Of a stretch of 64,000 bases of DNA, positions 63,787 to 64,000 are shown piece after piece. The notes under the pieces are model-generated. The model saw only the letters and a program-made list of their open reading frames with translations, did not search any database and was not told where the DNA came from. A program made the translations under genes and the position numbers. Source of the DNA: an uncultured Corynebacterium sp. (GTDB lineage: Bacteria > Actinomycetota > Actinomycetes > Mycobacteriales > Mycobacteriaceae); NCBI RefSeq assembly GCF_946223165.1, contig NZ_CAMIBP010000004.1, forward strand, positions 15,949 to 79,948, in the 5' to 3' direction. Each line of letters starts with the position of its first letter. Positions within the stretch are counted from its first letter, which is position 1.

Positions 63787-64000
63787 CGAAATACGAGGTG
63801 CGGCGCTGGGGCGCGGGGCTCGTGGTGTTCCTCCTCGTGCTCCTAGGCTTTGGCGTCTTCGGCGATCGCAGCGTGACCGCGGTTCAGGGGGACCAGCTGG
63901 GACCCGAGAGCGAGGAGACCCGCGCGGACTACCTGGACCGAGCCGCGGCGTCGCTCGCCGAGGCTGACGATGCCGCCTACGCCATGGTCTCCTTCGCGTA
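63783..64000 (+). CDS. Hypothetical membrane-anchored protein, 3' truncated by window end
   Basis: ATG overlaps the rluD stop (ATGA). N-terminal TM ([14 protein letters not shown]). Only 72 codons visible. Confidence 0.35.
   Translation, partial: MTKYEVRRWGAGLVVFLLVLLGFGVFGDRSVTAVQGDQLGPESEETRADYLDRAAASLAEADDAAYAMVSFA

Overview
High-GC actinobacterial chromosomal core segment. Gene order and protein sequences match Corynebacterium/Mycobacterium synteny (M. tuberculosis Rv2200c..Rv2143 and Rv1536..Rv1540). Features are listed left to right.

- Cytochrome aa3 oxidase and bc1 genes ctaC-ctaF, ctaE-qcrC-qcrA-qcrB.
- A ~0.94 kb leader upstream of two tandem NlpC/P60 (RipA-like) cell-wall endopeptidase genes.
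- pimB'-like GT4 mannosyltransferase, glk, plsC, a membrane acyltransferase, an Rv2179c-like exoribonuclease and class II DAHP synthase.
- Convergent pknL-like Ser/Thr kinase with an Rv2175c-like partner, mptA-like GT-C mannosyltransferase, a polyprenyl synthase and a GNAT acetyltransferase.
- The complete dcw cluster: mraZ-rsmH-ftsL-ftsI-murE-murF-mraY-murD-ftsW-murG-murC-ftsQ-ftsZ-pgeF-yggS-sepF-yggT-divIVA.
- A T-box leader followed by ileS.
- An ~8.5 kb block absent from the mycobacterial ileS-dinB arrangement. It holds a DUF222/HNH endonuclease gene, a frameshifted MFS transporter, a GntR regulator, a metallophosphoesterase gene translationally coupled to a 3-gene ABC importer, and an EamA exporter.
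- dinB, convergent ansA, two lipoprotein genes flanking lspA, rluD, and a truncated ORF at the window end.

No rRNA, tRNA, CRISPR or transposase genes were recognised. Many long antisense ORFs in the six-frame track are GC-driven shadows. Start codons were re-derived by eye from RBS position and homolog N-termini, and several are uncertain.
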